Shown here: positions 1 to 7,906 of the stretch, piece after piece
How positions within the stretch are numbered: the stretch's first letter is position 1
Layout: each line of letters starts with the position of its first letter
Source: a virus
Lineage: Duplodnaviria; Caudoviricetes
Virus record (IMG/VR): IMGVR_UViG_3300032050_000111
Location: 1,627-65,626 of that record
Length of the DNA: 64,000 nt
Direction: 5' to 3' (one strand)
Translations under genes and position numbers: made by a program
The notes under the pieces: model-generated
Told to the model about the DNA's origin: nothing
Database searches by the model: none
The model's input: only the letters and a program-made list of their open reading frames with translations

Positions 1-2
1 TT

Positions 3-1070
3 GCCTTCAGGAGCCATGATCGCCTTGCGCAGGAACGAACCGCGCTTGAGGTTCTGCATGTTGATGGCGCTGCCCTTGGAGGCAGTCCATCGGCCCGTAA
101 TGGCCCCGTAGTACGAGAGCGGCACGGGCAGTCTGCCGCGTTCCGAAATCTCCATGAAGCGCTGGGCGCGCGTCCGCTCGGTGGTGGACTTCACCCGCAG
201 GCGCGTCTCGCAGAGCAGCGCCACGTCGCCGTTGTCGCCATTGAGCAGCGCTTGGAACATCGCGTCGTTCTTGGCGAAGGCGAACGTCTTGCCCGTCGGG
301 TTCGGGTTTGTCGGCGTCGGTCGCTTCTTCTTCATGGGCGGCTCGACGCCCATACGCCGCAGCAACTCCGCGAACTTCGGGTTGCTAGCCAGCGCTTCCT
401 CCGGCACACCCAGCATAGCCAGCAGCGCCTCGCGGCTTTCCTTCTCCTCCATCAACGCGTCACTGAGCATGTCCGGGTCAAGCTCCAGCAACGGGCGTGT
501 GTACATCTTCAACGTGATGTCGATCAGGCGAAGCTCGCTCTTGGGGAAGTTCTCCGCCAGACGCTTGTAGATTTCTTCGCAAAGAAAGACATCGTGCTTG
601 CAGTACTCTGCAAGTTCTTTCTCCTCTTCCAGCATCAGCACGCCCATTTTACCGTCAGTGGTGTGCACTGCTTTGCCCTTAGGGGGCAGTCCGAATTCTT
701 CAGCCAGCTTGGCTAAGCTGTTGCCTACCTCTATTCCTCGAAGCGCCCGGGCCATGGACAGCGTGTCGAGAATGAACGCAGGCTCGTGTCCGTAAACCCA
801 AGTCAGCACAGACACATCGAACTGTGCGTTGTGACAGAGCACGGCAGTCGTGCTCCAATCAATCTCGTCAAACACCCTGCGCAGATGAGTGTAGCCCACC
901 CAGCGCGGGGGCTCATCCGAGCCTAGCCAATGCAGCCCAACGCCCCAAGCGCCGAAGCGTTTATCCCGTATGTACTCCTCCGTGGTCATGCGGCGGATCG
1001 TGTATCCGTTCTTCGAGTCCCACTTGGTCTCAAAGTCGAGTGTCAGAATCTGTTTGAAAGGAGCACCCAT
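3..1070 (-). CDS. polA: DNA polymerase family A (N-terminal part; runs off window edge)
   Basis: Hand translation: MGAPFKQILTLDFETKW (exo I motif D-x-E-T), LCHNAQFD (exo II), YCKHD (exo III), and YYGAITGRWT..INMQNLKRGSFLRKAIMAPEG, typical of phage PolA. SD AAGGTG lies upstream of the ATG at 1070. Confidence 0.92.
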   Translation of the reverse strand, partial: MGAPFKQILTLDFETKWDSKNGYTIRRMTTEEYIRDKRFGAWGVGLHWLGSDEPPRWVGYTHLRRVFDEIDWSTTAVLCHNAQFDVSVLTWVYGHEPAFILDTLSMARALRGIEVGNSLAKLAEEFGLPPKGKAVHTTDGKMGVLMLEEEKELAEYCKHDVFLCEEIYKRLAENFPKSELRLIDITLKMYTRPLLELDPDMLSDALMEEKESREALLAMLGVPEEALASNPKFAELLRRMGVEPPMKKKRPTPTNPNPTGKTFAFAKNDAMFQALLNGDNGDVALLCETRLRVKSTTERTRAQRFMEISERGRLPVPLSYYGAITGRWTASKGSAINMQNLKRGSFLRKAIMAPEG

Positions 1071-1081
1071 GTTGTTCACCT

Positions 1082-1390
1082 TTAATGTGCGGTCATCTTT
1101 TGTTCGTCCATCATCGCCATGCCGTACGCTTGTGTCGCGGCTCGAAGCATCGCCAGCGCCGCCGCCCCGTCCGTGTGGTGGAGTGGTCTGACGTGCAGTT
1201 GCTCCTCCTCGATTTCGTGCAGCATGAACAGCGCTAGCACTTTCGAGTCGTCTGACTGAAGGTAGCAATTCACCAGCTGACGCAGTATCAACTGGAACTC
1301 CTGAAGCGCCTCGGGCTGCATGCGCAGCGTCTGGTGCACCAGCGCCAGCAGGTGCACATCCTCCATTCTCTTTTCTTCTTCGGATTGCAT
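1082..1390 (-). CDS. hypothetical protein nested in an alternate frame between VRR-NUC and PolA
   Basis: ORF track 1082..1426 gives a plausible helical protein; the likely start is an ATG near 1390 or 1366. Confidence 0.55.
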   Translation of the reverse strand: MQSEEEKRMEDVHLLALVHQTLRMQPEALQEFQLILRQLVNCYLQSDDSKVLALFMLHEIEEEQLHVRPLHHTDGAAALAMLRAATQAYGMAMMDEQKMTAH

Positions 1391-1670
1391 CGAGCACCTC
1401 TTCCAATTCGTGGAGATTGTCTTCATTGATTACCAAAGACACGCCGCCTGCAGCAGCGATGTCATCAAGCGCTTTTCTTTGTAGCGCTGTCGTGGTGCCC
1501 TTGCCTGCTTTGGCTTCTACTGCAACGAAGAAGCCGAGATAGCATATCAGAAAATCAGGTGTGCCTGACTTGCCGTACCCTGTACCTATGGGCATGGCGT
1601 AATAGGCTGCGTGCTTTGTCAGCACGTCGCGAATACGCCGCTTTACTTTAGCTTCTGGTGTAGCAGCCAT
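1371..1670 (-). CDS. VRR-NUC / Holliday-junction-resolvase-like PD-(D/E)XK nuclease domain (no stop codon; frame continues into PolA)
   Basis: Hand translation: MAATPEAKVKRRIRDVL..GYGKSGTPDFLICYLGFFVAVEAKAGKGTTTALQ..IAAAGGVSLVINEDNL, with the E..PD..EAK..LQ motifs. It is missing from the ORF track because the frame stays open to the window edge. Confidence 0.88.
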
Positions 1671-1681
1671 GTGTGTAGGTT

Positions 1682-1793
1682 CGGGGGAGATGCAGATTCC
1701 GCGCCCCCGATTCGCGGTTCAGGTGGTAGCTAGCTGCAAAGCGACGTAGGCTAACTAGCTACCGCGACGAGCGTTCAGATCTGCAAGCCCCCG
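1682..1793 (-). ncRNA. candidate structured RNA / cis-regulatory leader
   Basis: Nested inverted repeats: CGGGGG..TGCAGAT/ATCTGCA..CCCCCG, GGTAGCTAG/CTAGCTACC and CCGCG/CGCGG. Confidence 0.5.
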
Positions 1794-1815
1794 CAGCGCC
1801 GCGCTCTCACCATGC

Positions 1816-2055
1816 CTACCGGTGTTCTGGTTGAGTTGATTCGCTGGGCGCTGTCTCCAGTTCAATCAACTTCTCAATGTAGTGTTTGGCTTTTCGGAGA
1901 TCGTCAATACCTCCTTTGTGCTGCCAACGCGAAAGGTACTTGACAGCATTCCCGTCAAAGAACCCTAATCCCCAGTCGTTAATTACGTCCCACGTCTGGT
2001 ACTTGAATTGTTTGTAGTGACCGCCAGCAACCTGTATATCATTCGCGCTCATCAT
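1816..2055 (-). CDS. DUF3310 (SaV-like) protein
   Basis: QVAGGHYK..GFFDGNAVKYLSRWQHKGGIDDLRKAKHYIEKLIE signature. Confidence 0.88.
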   Translation of the reverse strand: MMSANDIQVAGGHYKQFKYQTWDVINDWGLGFFDGNAVKYLSRWQHKGGIDDLRKAKHYIEKLIELETAPSESTQPEHR

Positions 2056-2374
2056 TCTGCTCCTTGCGCATCTCTTGCGCGTAATACCTCAACTCGACTG
2101 TCCGCGCCGCCGCACGCAGGCGGCTGACGCTGGTGGCTTTCATGACCTCGATGGCAATCGCCACGAAGGTCTCGATCTCGGCGCGCTCGTCGTCGCCCCA
2201 GCCGATCAGGCCGGCCACCGCAGCCTGCAGGCGCTCGTCGCGCAACTTGGCGACCCGCTCGACAAGATACTCCAGTTCTTCCCTCGGCACCGCCGCGCGC
2301 TCGCGCAGCAGGGCGTGCATCCTCGCGGCTTGCACGGCCACGAAGTCGGCATCAGGTCTCGCTCGGCGGGTCAT
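2039..2374 (-). CDS. hypothetical protein
   Basis: ORF within a tightly overlapping operon. Confidence 0.65.
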   Translation of the reverse strand: MTRRARPDADFVAVQAARMHALLRERAAVPREELEYLVERVAKLRDERLQAAVAGLIGWGDDERAEIETFVAIAIEVMKATSVSRLRAAARTVELRYYAQEMRKEQNDERE

Positions 2375-2534
2375 TGGTTGCCTGCTGTACATCTTCGGCG
2401 GGCACCTCGTAAGTCACCCAGCGGTGCTTGCACCCGTAGCACTCCCGGCGGCGGACATACCAGCCTGTCTCGTTGCTCTTGCGAGTGTCGAGCACGCGGC
2501 TGTTCCATGTGTTGCAGGATGGGCAGGCGCTCAT
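2352..2534 (-). CDS. NrdR-like zinc-ribbon protein (no ATP cone)
   Basis: CPSC..SRVLDTR...RRRECYGCKHRWVTYE matches the NrdR N-terminal zinc ribbon. Confidence 0.8.
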   Translation of the reverse strand: MSACPSCNTWNSRVLDTRKSNETGWYVRRRECYGCKHRWVTYEVPAEDVQQATNDPPSET

Positions 2535-2725
2535 TCTTCTCTCCTGATCTTCGGCAGCGGTGCCCAGCCCATCCAGAAATTGTCTTTACCGTTCCACTTC
2601 CCGTAGGCCGCGACACCGCCTTGCCCCAGCAATTGCACCTTGCTACCCACCGGGCAGGTGCTCATCGGTCGCCAGTAGTAGTCGGGGTCGACAGCGGCGG
2701 TGCGGGTGCTGTCGGTGCGGGTCAC
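2531..2725 (-). CDS. hypothetical protein (DUF551-like W..WAPLP motif)
   Basis: YYWRPMSTCP..WMGWAPLP; GTG start overlaps the upstream stop. Confidence 0.65.
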   Translation of the reverse strand: MTRTDSTRTAAVDPDYYWRPMSTCPVGSKVQLLGQGGVAAYGKWNGKDNFWMGWAPLPKIRREE

Positions 2726-2976
2726 TTCTTCCCCCTTGCTCGGATGATGTCCTGAAACTCTCCGATCAGATCCCAACGACCTTGGGTGTAGTCTCTGGGG
2801 GCTACGACATTGCGCTTCAGTTTGAGTAACTCTTTTTCAAGTTCTTCGCGCTCAACTGCGACTGCATGAGCAATGGCCTTCTCGGTAGCTTCTACGGCAG
2901 TTTTTAGAGCGTCAGCCACACCTCGGTCATAGCTTTCCGAAATGATCTTCATTAGCTGCTCTCGCATATTGCTCAT
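2722..2976 (-). CDS. hypothetical protein
   Basis: ORF ending IRARGKK, a common phage accessory C-terminus. Confidence 0.65.
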   Translation of the reverse strand: MSNMREQLMKIISESYDRGVADALKTAVEATEKAIAHAVAVEREELEKELLKLKRNVVAPRDYTQGRWDLIGEFQDIIRARGKK

Positions 2977-3003
2977 GTCTTCTTTCCCCTTGCGCGGATT
3001 GCT

Positions 3004-3306
3004 TCAGCGTAATGATCGGGCATCCAACCACTGCAGGAACGCCGACAGTTCAGGATATTTCTTCGTGAACTCCTCGCTGGCTGCTTCGTTTAGCCACTTA
3101 ACACCATGTTCCAGATCGCCTTGAAGGCGCGACGCATACTCGTCGCTGATCGCCTCGCGCTCGGCTGCGACACCGGCCTCGTAGGCCAGCTTGAAGAAGC
3201 GTTCAATAGATTCTTCAGGGGCGGTCAGGTTGCCCCACATCTCGGCAACACCATGATCTTTGAACCCAGCCTCCCGCGCCATGCGGATGATGTCTTCTCT
3301 GTTCAT
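3004..3306 (-). CDS. hypothetical protein (MNREDIIRMAREAG family)
   Basis: ATGA overlap with the upstream stop; familiar phage accessory N-terminus. Confidence 0.7.
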   Translation of the reverse strand: MNREDIIRMAREAGFKDHGVAEMWGNLTAPEESIERFFKLAYEAGVAAEREAISDEYASRLQGDLEHGVKWLNEAASEEFTKKYPELSAFLQWLDARSLR

Positions 3307-3554
3307 ACGAGCGGCCCCATCGCGTCCCACTGCTCCTCGGCCAGCGGTTTGCCATAAGTGATCAGGTGCGGGTTGTCCTTGTGTGCCCATAGCGTGGGCT
3401 TCTGCTTCAGTACCCTGTCGCGCAGTTCGTTGCGCTGCGCAAGGATGCACTCGGGCCTCATGCACCAGTAGTTGCAGGTGTGCAGGTTGCGGTCGTCGTT
3501 GGTCACTTCTTTCATCCTTTCGGCATCAGGCGGGAACCACGGTGTCAGTTTCAT
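3303..3554 (-). CDS. hypothetical chimeric protein
   Basis: MKLTPWFP start fused to a VTNDDR module. Confidence 0.55.
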   Translation of the reverse strand: MKLTPWFPPDAERMKEVTNDDRNLHTCNYWCMRPECILAQRNELRDRVLKQKPTLWAHKDNPHLITYGKPLAEEQWDAMGPLV

Positions 3555-3721
3555 TTCTTTCCCTCCTGATCTTCTGCGTACCGCCGTTTCCAGTTAAGGT
3601 ACTTTGCACGGCACCGTTCGCACTTGTTGAGATCGCACTCCCAAACGAACTCATCAGGGTCCATAACGGCACCCTCTCGCTTTAATGGGGCAAGGCCGAA
3701 GTTGCGGTCGTCGTTGGTCAT
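3551..3721 (-). CDS. small hypothetical protein (56 aa, CxxCxxC)
   Basis: Hand translation MTNDDRNFGLAPLKREG..WECDLNKCERCRAKY; ATGA coupling at both ends. Confidence 0.6.
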   Translation of the reverse strand: MTNDDRNFGLAPLKREGAVMDPDEFVWECDLNKCERCRAKYLNWKRRYAEDQEGKK

Positions 3722-3888
3722 GATTTGTTCCTACCTTGTTCGTACTGCTCGCGCTCGTCCATTGAGTTATGCACCCAGACATCGGGGTACTCATCATCCT
3801 CGGTTGGCTTGCACCAGCAGTCGGGGGATGCCGTGTGCTCACGCAAATCGTTGATCGGCACAACGTGGATGCGGTCGTCGTTGGTCAT
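3718..3888 (-). CDS. small hypothetical protein (56 aa, H/CWC motif)
   Basis: Hand translation MTNDDRIHVVPINDLREH..DCWCKP..VWVHNSMDERE; ATGA coupling. Confidence 0.65.
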   Translation of the reverse strand: MTNDDRIHVVPINDLREHTASPDCWCKPTEDDEYPDVWVHNSMDEREQYEQGRNKS

Positions 3889-4133
3889 TTCTTCCCCCAG
3901 TCACAAGTGATTCCACCCCTGTTGCTGTTACTTGTCAGAACAATGCAGCGGGTGCCGTCGTCCAGCGTTACGGGAACGACATAGGTCCAAGCGTTGCCGG
4001 GGCTTACAATCGATTTCCACCCTGTCGGCACATTATCGAGGCTGTGCTCCCCCGCCTTAGAGCAGGCGGCTACCATTAAGATCGTGATCAGCAAGAACAC
4101 CGCCAGCAGCAGTGAGACGTTTCGCGCAATCAT
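3885..4133 (-). CDS. putative lipoprotein
   Basis: Hydrophobic N-terminus, lipobox VAA-C, C-terminal GGITCDW. Confidence 0.6.
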   Translation of the reverse strand: MIARNVSLLLAVFLLITILMVAACSKAGEHSLDNVPTGWKSIVSPGNAWTYVVPVTLDDGTRCIVLTSNSNRGGITCDWGKK

Positions 4134-4354
4134 GTCTTCCATCCTTTCGGCGGCTCTGCGAGGCCGCGCCACGGGGCATCAGGCGTTCCAAAGAACGGGA
4201 TCGTCTCTACCGCAGCAGACTCCTTTGTTGTGGCTCCAACAAACCAACGGTTGCCATCCCACCGCCGGTACCAATTTATACTGTCGCTTTGTATCTCATA
4301 CACCCCCGGATACACCGGCTTGACATGAGCGGGGAACCACGGTGTGAGTTTCAT
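4130..4354 (-). CDS. hypothetical protein (paralog of 4351..4572)
   Basis: MKLTPWFPAHVKPVYPGVYE..WYRRWDG..WRGLA. Confidence 0.75.
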   Translation of the reverse strand: MKLTPWFPAHVKPVYPGVYEIQSDSINWYRRWDGNRWFVGATTKESAAVETIPFFGTPDAPWRGLAEPPKGWKT

Positions 4355-4572
4355 GCTTTCCCCCATCCTTTCGGCGGCTTTGCGAGGCCGCGCCACGGTA
4401 AAGGGCTGGCGCCTTTTAAGGTTGCGAGTGCTGCTATCTTTTTGTCAGAGTTACCACCATACCAACGCGTGCCATCCCAGCGGCGATACCATGTACCGGG
4501 CGGGAACCGCACCTCATACACCCCCGGATACACCGGCTTGACATGAGCGGGGAACCACGGTGTCAGTTTCAT
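4351..4572 (-). CDS. hypothetical protein (paralog of 4130..4354)
   Basis: Same motifs; tandem duplicate. Confidence 0.75.
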   Translation of the reverse strand: MKLTPWFPAHVKPVYPGVYEVRFPPGTWYRRWDGTRWYGGNSDKKIAALATLKGASPLPWRGLAKPPKGWGKA

Positions 4573-4823
4573 TTCGCTCCCTCCGCTTTCGCGATGGCGG
4601 CGTCCATCATCTCCTGCGCGATTGCGCCGACAAAGACGCCTGTTTCCTTGATGCGCTTCAACGCCGCCAGCAGTTCGTCGCGCTGCTTTTCAACCTCATG
4701 CAGCCGGCGCAGTTCGGCGGCGGCTTGGGACAGCTTCCTTGCCTGTCCATCTGTCAAGATAGAGATACCGGGCCACGGCCATATCGCATCAGCCAACTGC
4801 AAAGCTATTGCTTGTTCAGTCAT
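4569..4823 (-). CDS. hypothetical protein
   Basis: AAAELRRLH..RDELLAAL..AAIAKAEG phage accessory motifs. Confidence 0.7.
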   Translation of the reverse strand: MTEQAIALQLADAIWPWPGISILTDGQARKLSQAAAELRRLHEVEKQRDELLAALKRIKETGVFVGAIAQEMMDAAIAKAEGAK

Positions 4824-5557
4824 GTGTTCTTCCTTCGCAAGGCGTCTTCAAAGGCGCAGATCAGCAAATCTATGCCCACATTGCCGTTCGCCGTAACGTC
4901 AGCCATGATCTGCGACCGCTCTAACAACGTCAGCCCCTGCCACTCGCGGCGGGGTGGGGTGGTGTAGAGGGGTGTCCCCACTGGCAAATCATCCCAACCA
5001 GCCTTCAGCGTAAGACCGTCGTCATCCTTTATTGCCACCGGCTCCTGCTCCTGCTCGCGGCGGGGTGGGTGGGTGTAGAGGGGAATGCGCCCTTGTGACT
5101 CACCCGTGTAGATTTCAGCGTGCCCGTAGTGTCCCAACGTGAGCCCCTGCAAATGGTCAGCATTGACCCACGCCACCGGCTCCTGCTCCAGCATCTCCTT
5201 GGCTTGCTTCACAGCAGGGCAAGTGTCCTCTTCGTGACACGCAACAAGCTGCTGGGTCAGTTCACGCCACTCGCCCAGCTTTGCTTCGGCCGCCTTGGCT
5301 CGCTCGCACCAGTCGTGCGCCTGTTCCTTGATGATTCGGTGCAGCGTGCATTCCTGCGTCATGGTGTCGTTCACCCATCGACAACTACAGGGGCGCCCAT
5401 TCTCCTGCTCCAGCGCGGCGCGGAGGGCTTCATACGCTCTGTGAATTACAGGCTGCGTAGGGCTATTCCTGCCTCTCCTTGCTCGCCAATCACCATCAAT
5501 AAGCGCAAGTGACAACGCCTCCAGCGCCTGCTGCGCGGCTTCGCGTAGATCACTCAT
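4820..5557 (-). CDS. hypothetical protein (QEPVA..LYT.PP.REW mosaic family)
   Basis: ORF track; internally repeated modules. Confidence 0.75.
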   Translation of the reverse strand: MSDLREAAQQALEALSLALIDGDWRARRGRNSPTQPVIHRAYEALRAALEQENGRPCSCRWVNDTMTQECTLHRIIKEQAHDWCERAKAAEAKLGEWRELTQQLVACHEEDTCPAVKQAKEMLEQEPVAWVNADHLQGLTLGHYGHAEIYTGESQGRIPLYTHPPRREQEQEPVAIKDDDGLTLKAGWDDLPVGTPLYTTPPRREWQGLTLLERSQIMADVTANGNVGIDLLICAFEDALRRKNT

Positions 5558-5924
5558 AGTTCTTCCCCTTCAATGCTTGTTCGATAGCGCGGGCCGCGCC
5601 TTGCAACGTCGAGTGGTTGTCGCAAATCAAGTCGAAGTCAGCATCCGTCAGCCCTCGCCACTCGCGGCGGGGTGAGTGGACAAGCATCTTCGTTGCTTCT
5701 GCGAGTCGGCCCGGTCCGTTGTGCAACGACAGATAGTCAAGCGCCGCCGATGCACTGCGCCGCGTTACAAGCTCCTCCTGCTCCTGCACCACCACCGGCT
5801 CCATCAGCGCGGCGCGGAGGGCTTCAATAGCGCCGCGAGCCCTCACAGTCGCGCCAAACTGCGCGTAGTGCTCCAATGCCTCCAGCGCCTGCCGCATCAC
5901 GGCACGATCATTCATTCCGCCCAT
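5550..5924 (-). CDS. hypothetical protein (related to 4820..5557)
   Basis: RQALEAL..EALRAAL..REWRGLT. Confidence 0.7.
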   Translation of the reverse strand: MGGMNDRAVMRQALEALEHYAQFGATVRARGAIEALRAALMEPVVVQEQEELVTRRSASAALDYLSLHNGPGRLAEATKMLVHSPRREWRGLTDADFDLICDNHSTLQGAARAIEQALKGKNYE

Positions 5925-6244
5925 GTCCGACTCCTATAGGTTGCTATCCAGCGCGACTGCTCCAGTCGGCGGGACGTTACGAGCACGCCGTCCTGCACCA
6001 GCTTGTTCATCAGCCGGCCCGCAGTGCTTTTAGGCACGCCTGTGTCCTCGACAACGTCGGCCACGGTGACATCGCACCCAGCCTGCATGACGTACTCACG
6101 GACCACGGCCTCGGCATCGCCGTAAGACCGGTCGACTTTGAGAGCCTGCACTTGCAGCGGGCGGTGCGCCCGGGATGGCAACGATTCTAGCCGACGGTGC
6201 GCCTGCTGGGCCTTCGCCGGGTCAGGGATCAGAGGGTCAGTCAT
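5912..6244 (-). CDS. winged-helix DNA-binding protein
   Basis: TVADVVEDTGVPKSTAGRLMNKLVQDGVL, an IclR/MarR-like HTH. Confidence 0.7.
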   Translation of the reverse strand: MTDPLIPDPAKAQQAHRRLESLPSRAHRPLQVQALKVDRSYGDAEAVVREYVMQAGCDVTVADVVEDTGVPKSTAGRLMNKLVQDGVLVTSRRLEQSRWIATYRSRTWAE

Positions 6245-6443
6245 CGCGACCTTCCTCTTTCGTGCGCACATAGGCGGAGAGCCTCGTGATGGCGGTCTGG
6301 TAGTACTTCACCATCTGCTGGCTGTATTCTGTCTGTGATTGGTACACGAGCAGCTGACGCTGCGCGTCTTCAAGCTGGCGCTGTGCAATGGTCTGCGCCG
6401 TCGGCTTGACGAAGAGTGCTTTGATCTGGTTGGGGATCTGCAT
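6237..6443 (-). CDS. hypothetical protein
   Basis: SD AGGAG; coiled-coil ORF. Confidence 0.7.
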   Translation of the reverse strand: MQIPNQIKALFVKPTAQTIAQRQLEDAQRQLLVYQSQTEYSQQMVKYYQTAITRLSAYVRTKEEGRDD

Positions 6444-6478
6444 GAGAGGCTCCTGTTGTCAAATGGTGAACTGCGGGC

Positions 6479-6504
6479 AAAAAAAGGGGGCCGTAGCCCC
6501 CTTT
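6479..6504 (-). terminator. intrinsic terminator
   Basis: AAAGGGGCTACGGCCCCC followed by a T-run on the minus strand. Confidence 0.75.
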
Positions 6505-6517
6505 CGACTGGCTACGC

Positions 6518-6787
6518 TCAGGCAGTGCGCCAGACGCGATAGCCGATGGCTCCGTCCTTGGACGCAGCAGCGGTACGGTAGCTGCGGTCCTTGTTCTTGC
6601 GCTTGTCGGCCATGCAGCTGGACGACACCCGACGCGCGAGCTTGCGCATCTCATCGTCGCGCTGGGCGGCGGGGATGCCGTCAGCGAGCGGCACGAAGAA
6701 CGACTGCCCCGGCTGGAGGCTGTCGAACGGATAGCGCCCGCTACGGGCACGGGCGGGAACGGGGACATCGGTCTCGATGGCGAACAT
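6518..6787 (-). CDS. hypothetical protein (YPF..L..GQSFFVP family)
   Basis: SD AAGGA; motif shared with 56820..57008. Confidence 0.75.
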   Translation of the reverse strand: MFAIETDVPVPARARSGRYPFDSLQPGQSFFVPLADGIPAAQRDDEMRKLARRVSSSCMADKRKNKDRSYRTAAASKDGAIGYRVWRTA

Positions 6788-6833
6788 GGTGATTCCTTGT
6801 AGTTGATGGGGGCGTTAGCCCCCGGGTTGTATC

Positions 6834-7823
6834 TCAGGCAGGCAGCAGGGCAGTCATGGCGTTGAGCGCGCGGTTCTTGATGTCGGCCCCCTGCCCCCAC
6901 TGCGCAGCGACAAAGCGATTCTCGTCAGTGCGAGCGCGGGTCCAGTGGTCGACGTACTCAGTGACTGCGTTGACGTAACCCCATGCTGTGCCGAAGACGC
7001 CGTCGAGTTTAGCACCCTTGCCGTCGCCGTTGAACAGGTCGATGATTTTGTTGTATCCGGCAGACAGTCGGACCTTGTCATCGCTGGGGCCGTTGCCTAG
7101 CAGGACTGCAGTGGTTACGTCGGCAAGCTCTGCGCTCACGGGGACATTGGCAAGGCGCACGATCTGGTGGCGGAACGCAGCCCATGCTGCCTCGTTGAGG
7201 CCCATGAACTCCTTGACCTGTGAGGGGTCGAAAACGGAACGGTGCGTGACACGCACTGACGGCTTAGCGTCCGCCATGGCCATCGCCAGCGTGTTTTGGC
7301 ACACGGTGCGCACTGATGTGCGACGTACCTCAGTGCCCGATGAACCGTCAGCGCTGGTGGAGACCAGCAGAAAGCCCCCGATGCTGTCCTTGATAGACAG
7401 CGGGCTGGCTTCGCCGATCTTGGCAGTCGCCCAGAAGCGCTTGCCTCCGTAGATCGTGCCAGCAGCGGACAACTCCAGCCCGCCCACCTTGACGATGTCG
7501 CGGAAGAACTCCAGCACTTCAGCAGGCTGGACGACCTTGTAGCGGTCACTGACGATGCCCAGCGCTGCCTTGGTGTCACTGCGGAACAGGACGTGCTGCT
7601 CCGGCAGTTCGAGGAAAGCGGACGCGTCGCCGGTACGGTCGACGGCGTAGCGCACCTTCGAGCGCTTGATGCACCAGTTCATGCCGGCGGCGACACGCCA
7701 CGCGTCGATGTCGGTGCCGTTGTCCACGGGGTTGCCAAGGCCGTGCCAGCCTGCGCCGTCTGCGCGCAGATAGGCGTACTCGATCTGGCCGGTCACGGTG
7801 TTGGTGGTGAGTTCGTGAGACAT
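6834..7823 (-). CDS. DUF932 / TIGR03299-like phage-plasmid protein
   Basis: WHGLG..LGIVSDRYKVVQP..AGTIYGGKRFW..RTVCQNTL..GTAWGYVNAVTEYVDH. Confidence 0.9.
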   Translation of the reverse strand: MSHELTTNTVTGQIEYAYLRADGAGWHGLGNPVDNGTDIDAWRVAAGMNWCIKRSKVRYAVDRTGDASAFLELPEQHVLFRSDTKAALGIVSDRYKVVQPAEVLEFFRDIVKVGGLELSAAGTIYGGKRFWATAKIGEASPLSIKDSIGGFLLVSTSADGSSGTEVRRTSVRTVCQNTLAMAMADAKPSVRVTHRSVFDPSQVKEFMGLNEAAWAAFRHQIVRLANVPVSAELADVTTAVLLGNGPSDDKVRLSAGYNKIIDLFNGDGKGAKLDGVFGTAWGYVNAVTEYVDHWTRARTDENRFVAAQWGQGADIKNRALNAMTALLPA

Positions 7824-7877
7824 GGTGAGACTCCTAGAGTGGTGGTGAAGTGGGGGACGACGCCCCCGGTGAGAGAG

Positions 7878-7906
7878 ACTATGGCAGATAGAGAACTGTG
7901 TGTCAA
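7878..7906 (-). promoter_or_regulatory. sigma70-like promoter for DUF932 gene
   Basis: TTGACA-17 nt-CATAGT. Confidence 0.7.

Noticed and set aside
1671-1815. tRNA or hammerhead ribozyme
   Set aside because: No cloverleaf with a TTCGA T-loop, and no CUGAUGA/GAAA core.
4130-4572. Paralog pair as DGR template/variable repeats
   Set aside because: There is no reverse transcriptase gene, and the differences are not adenine-specific.
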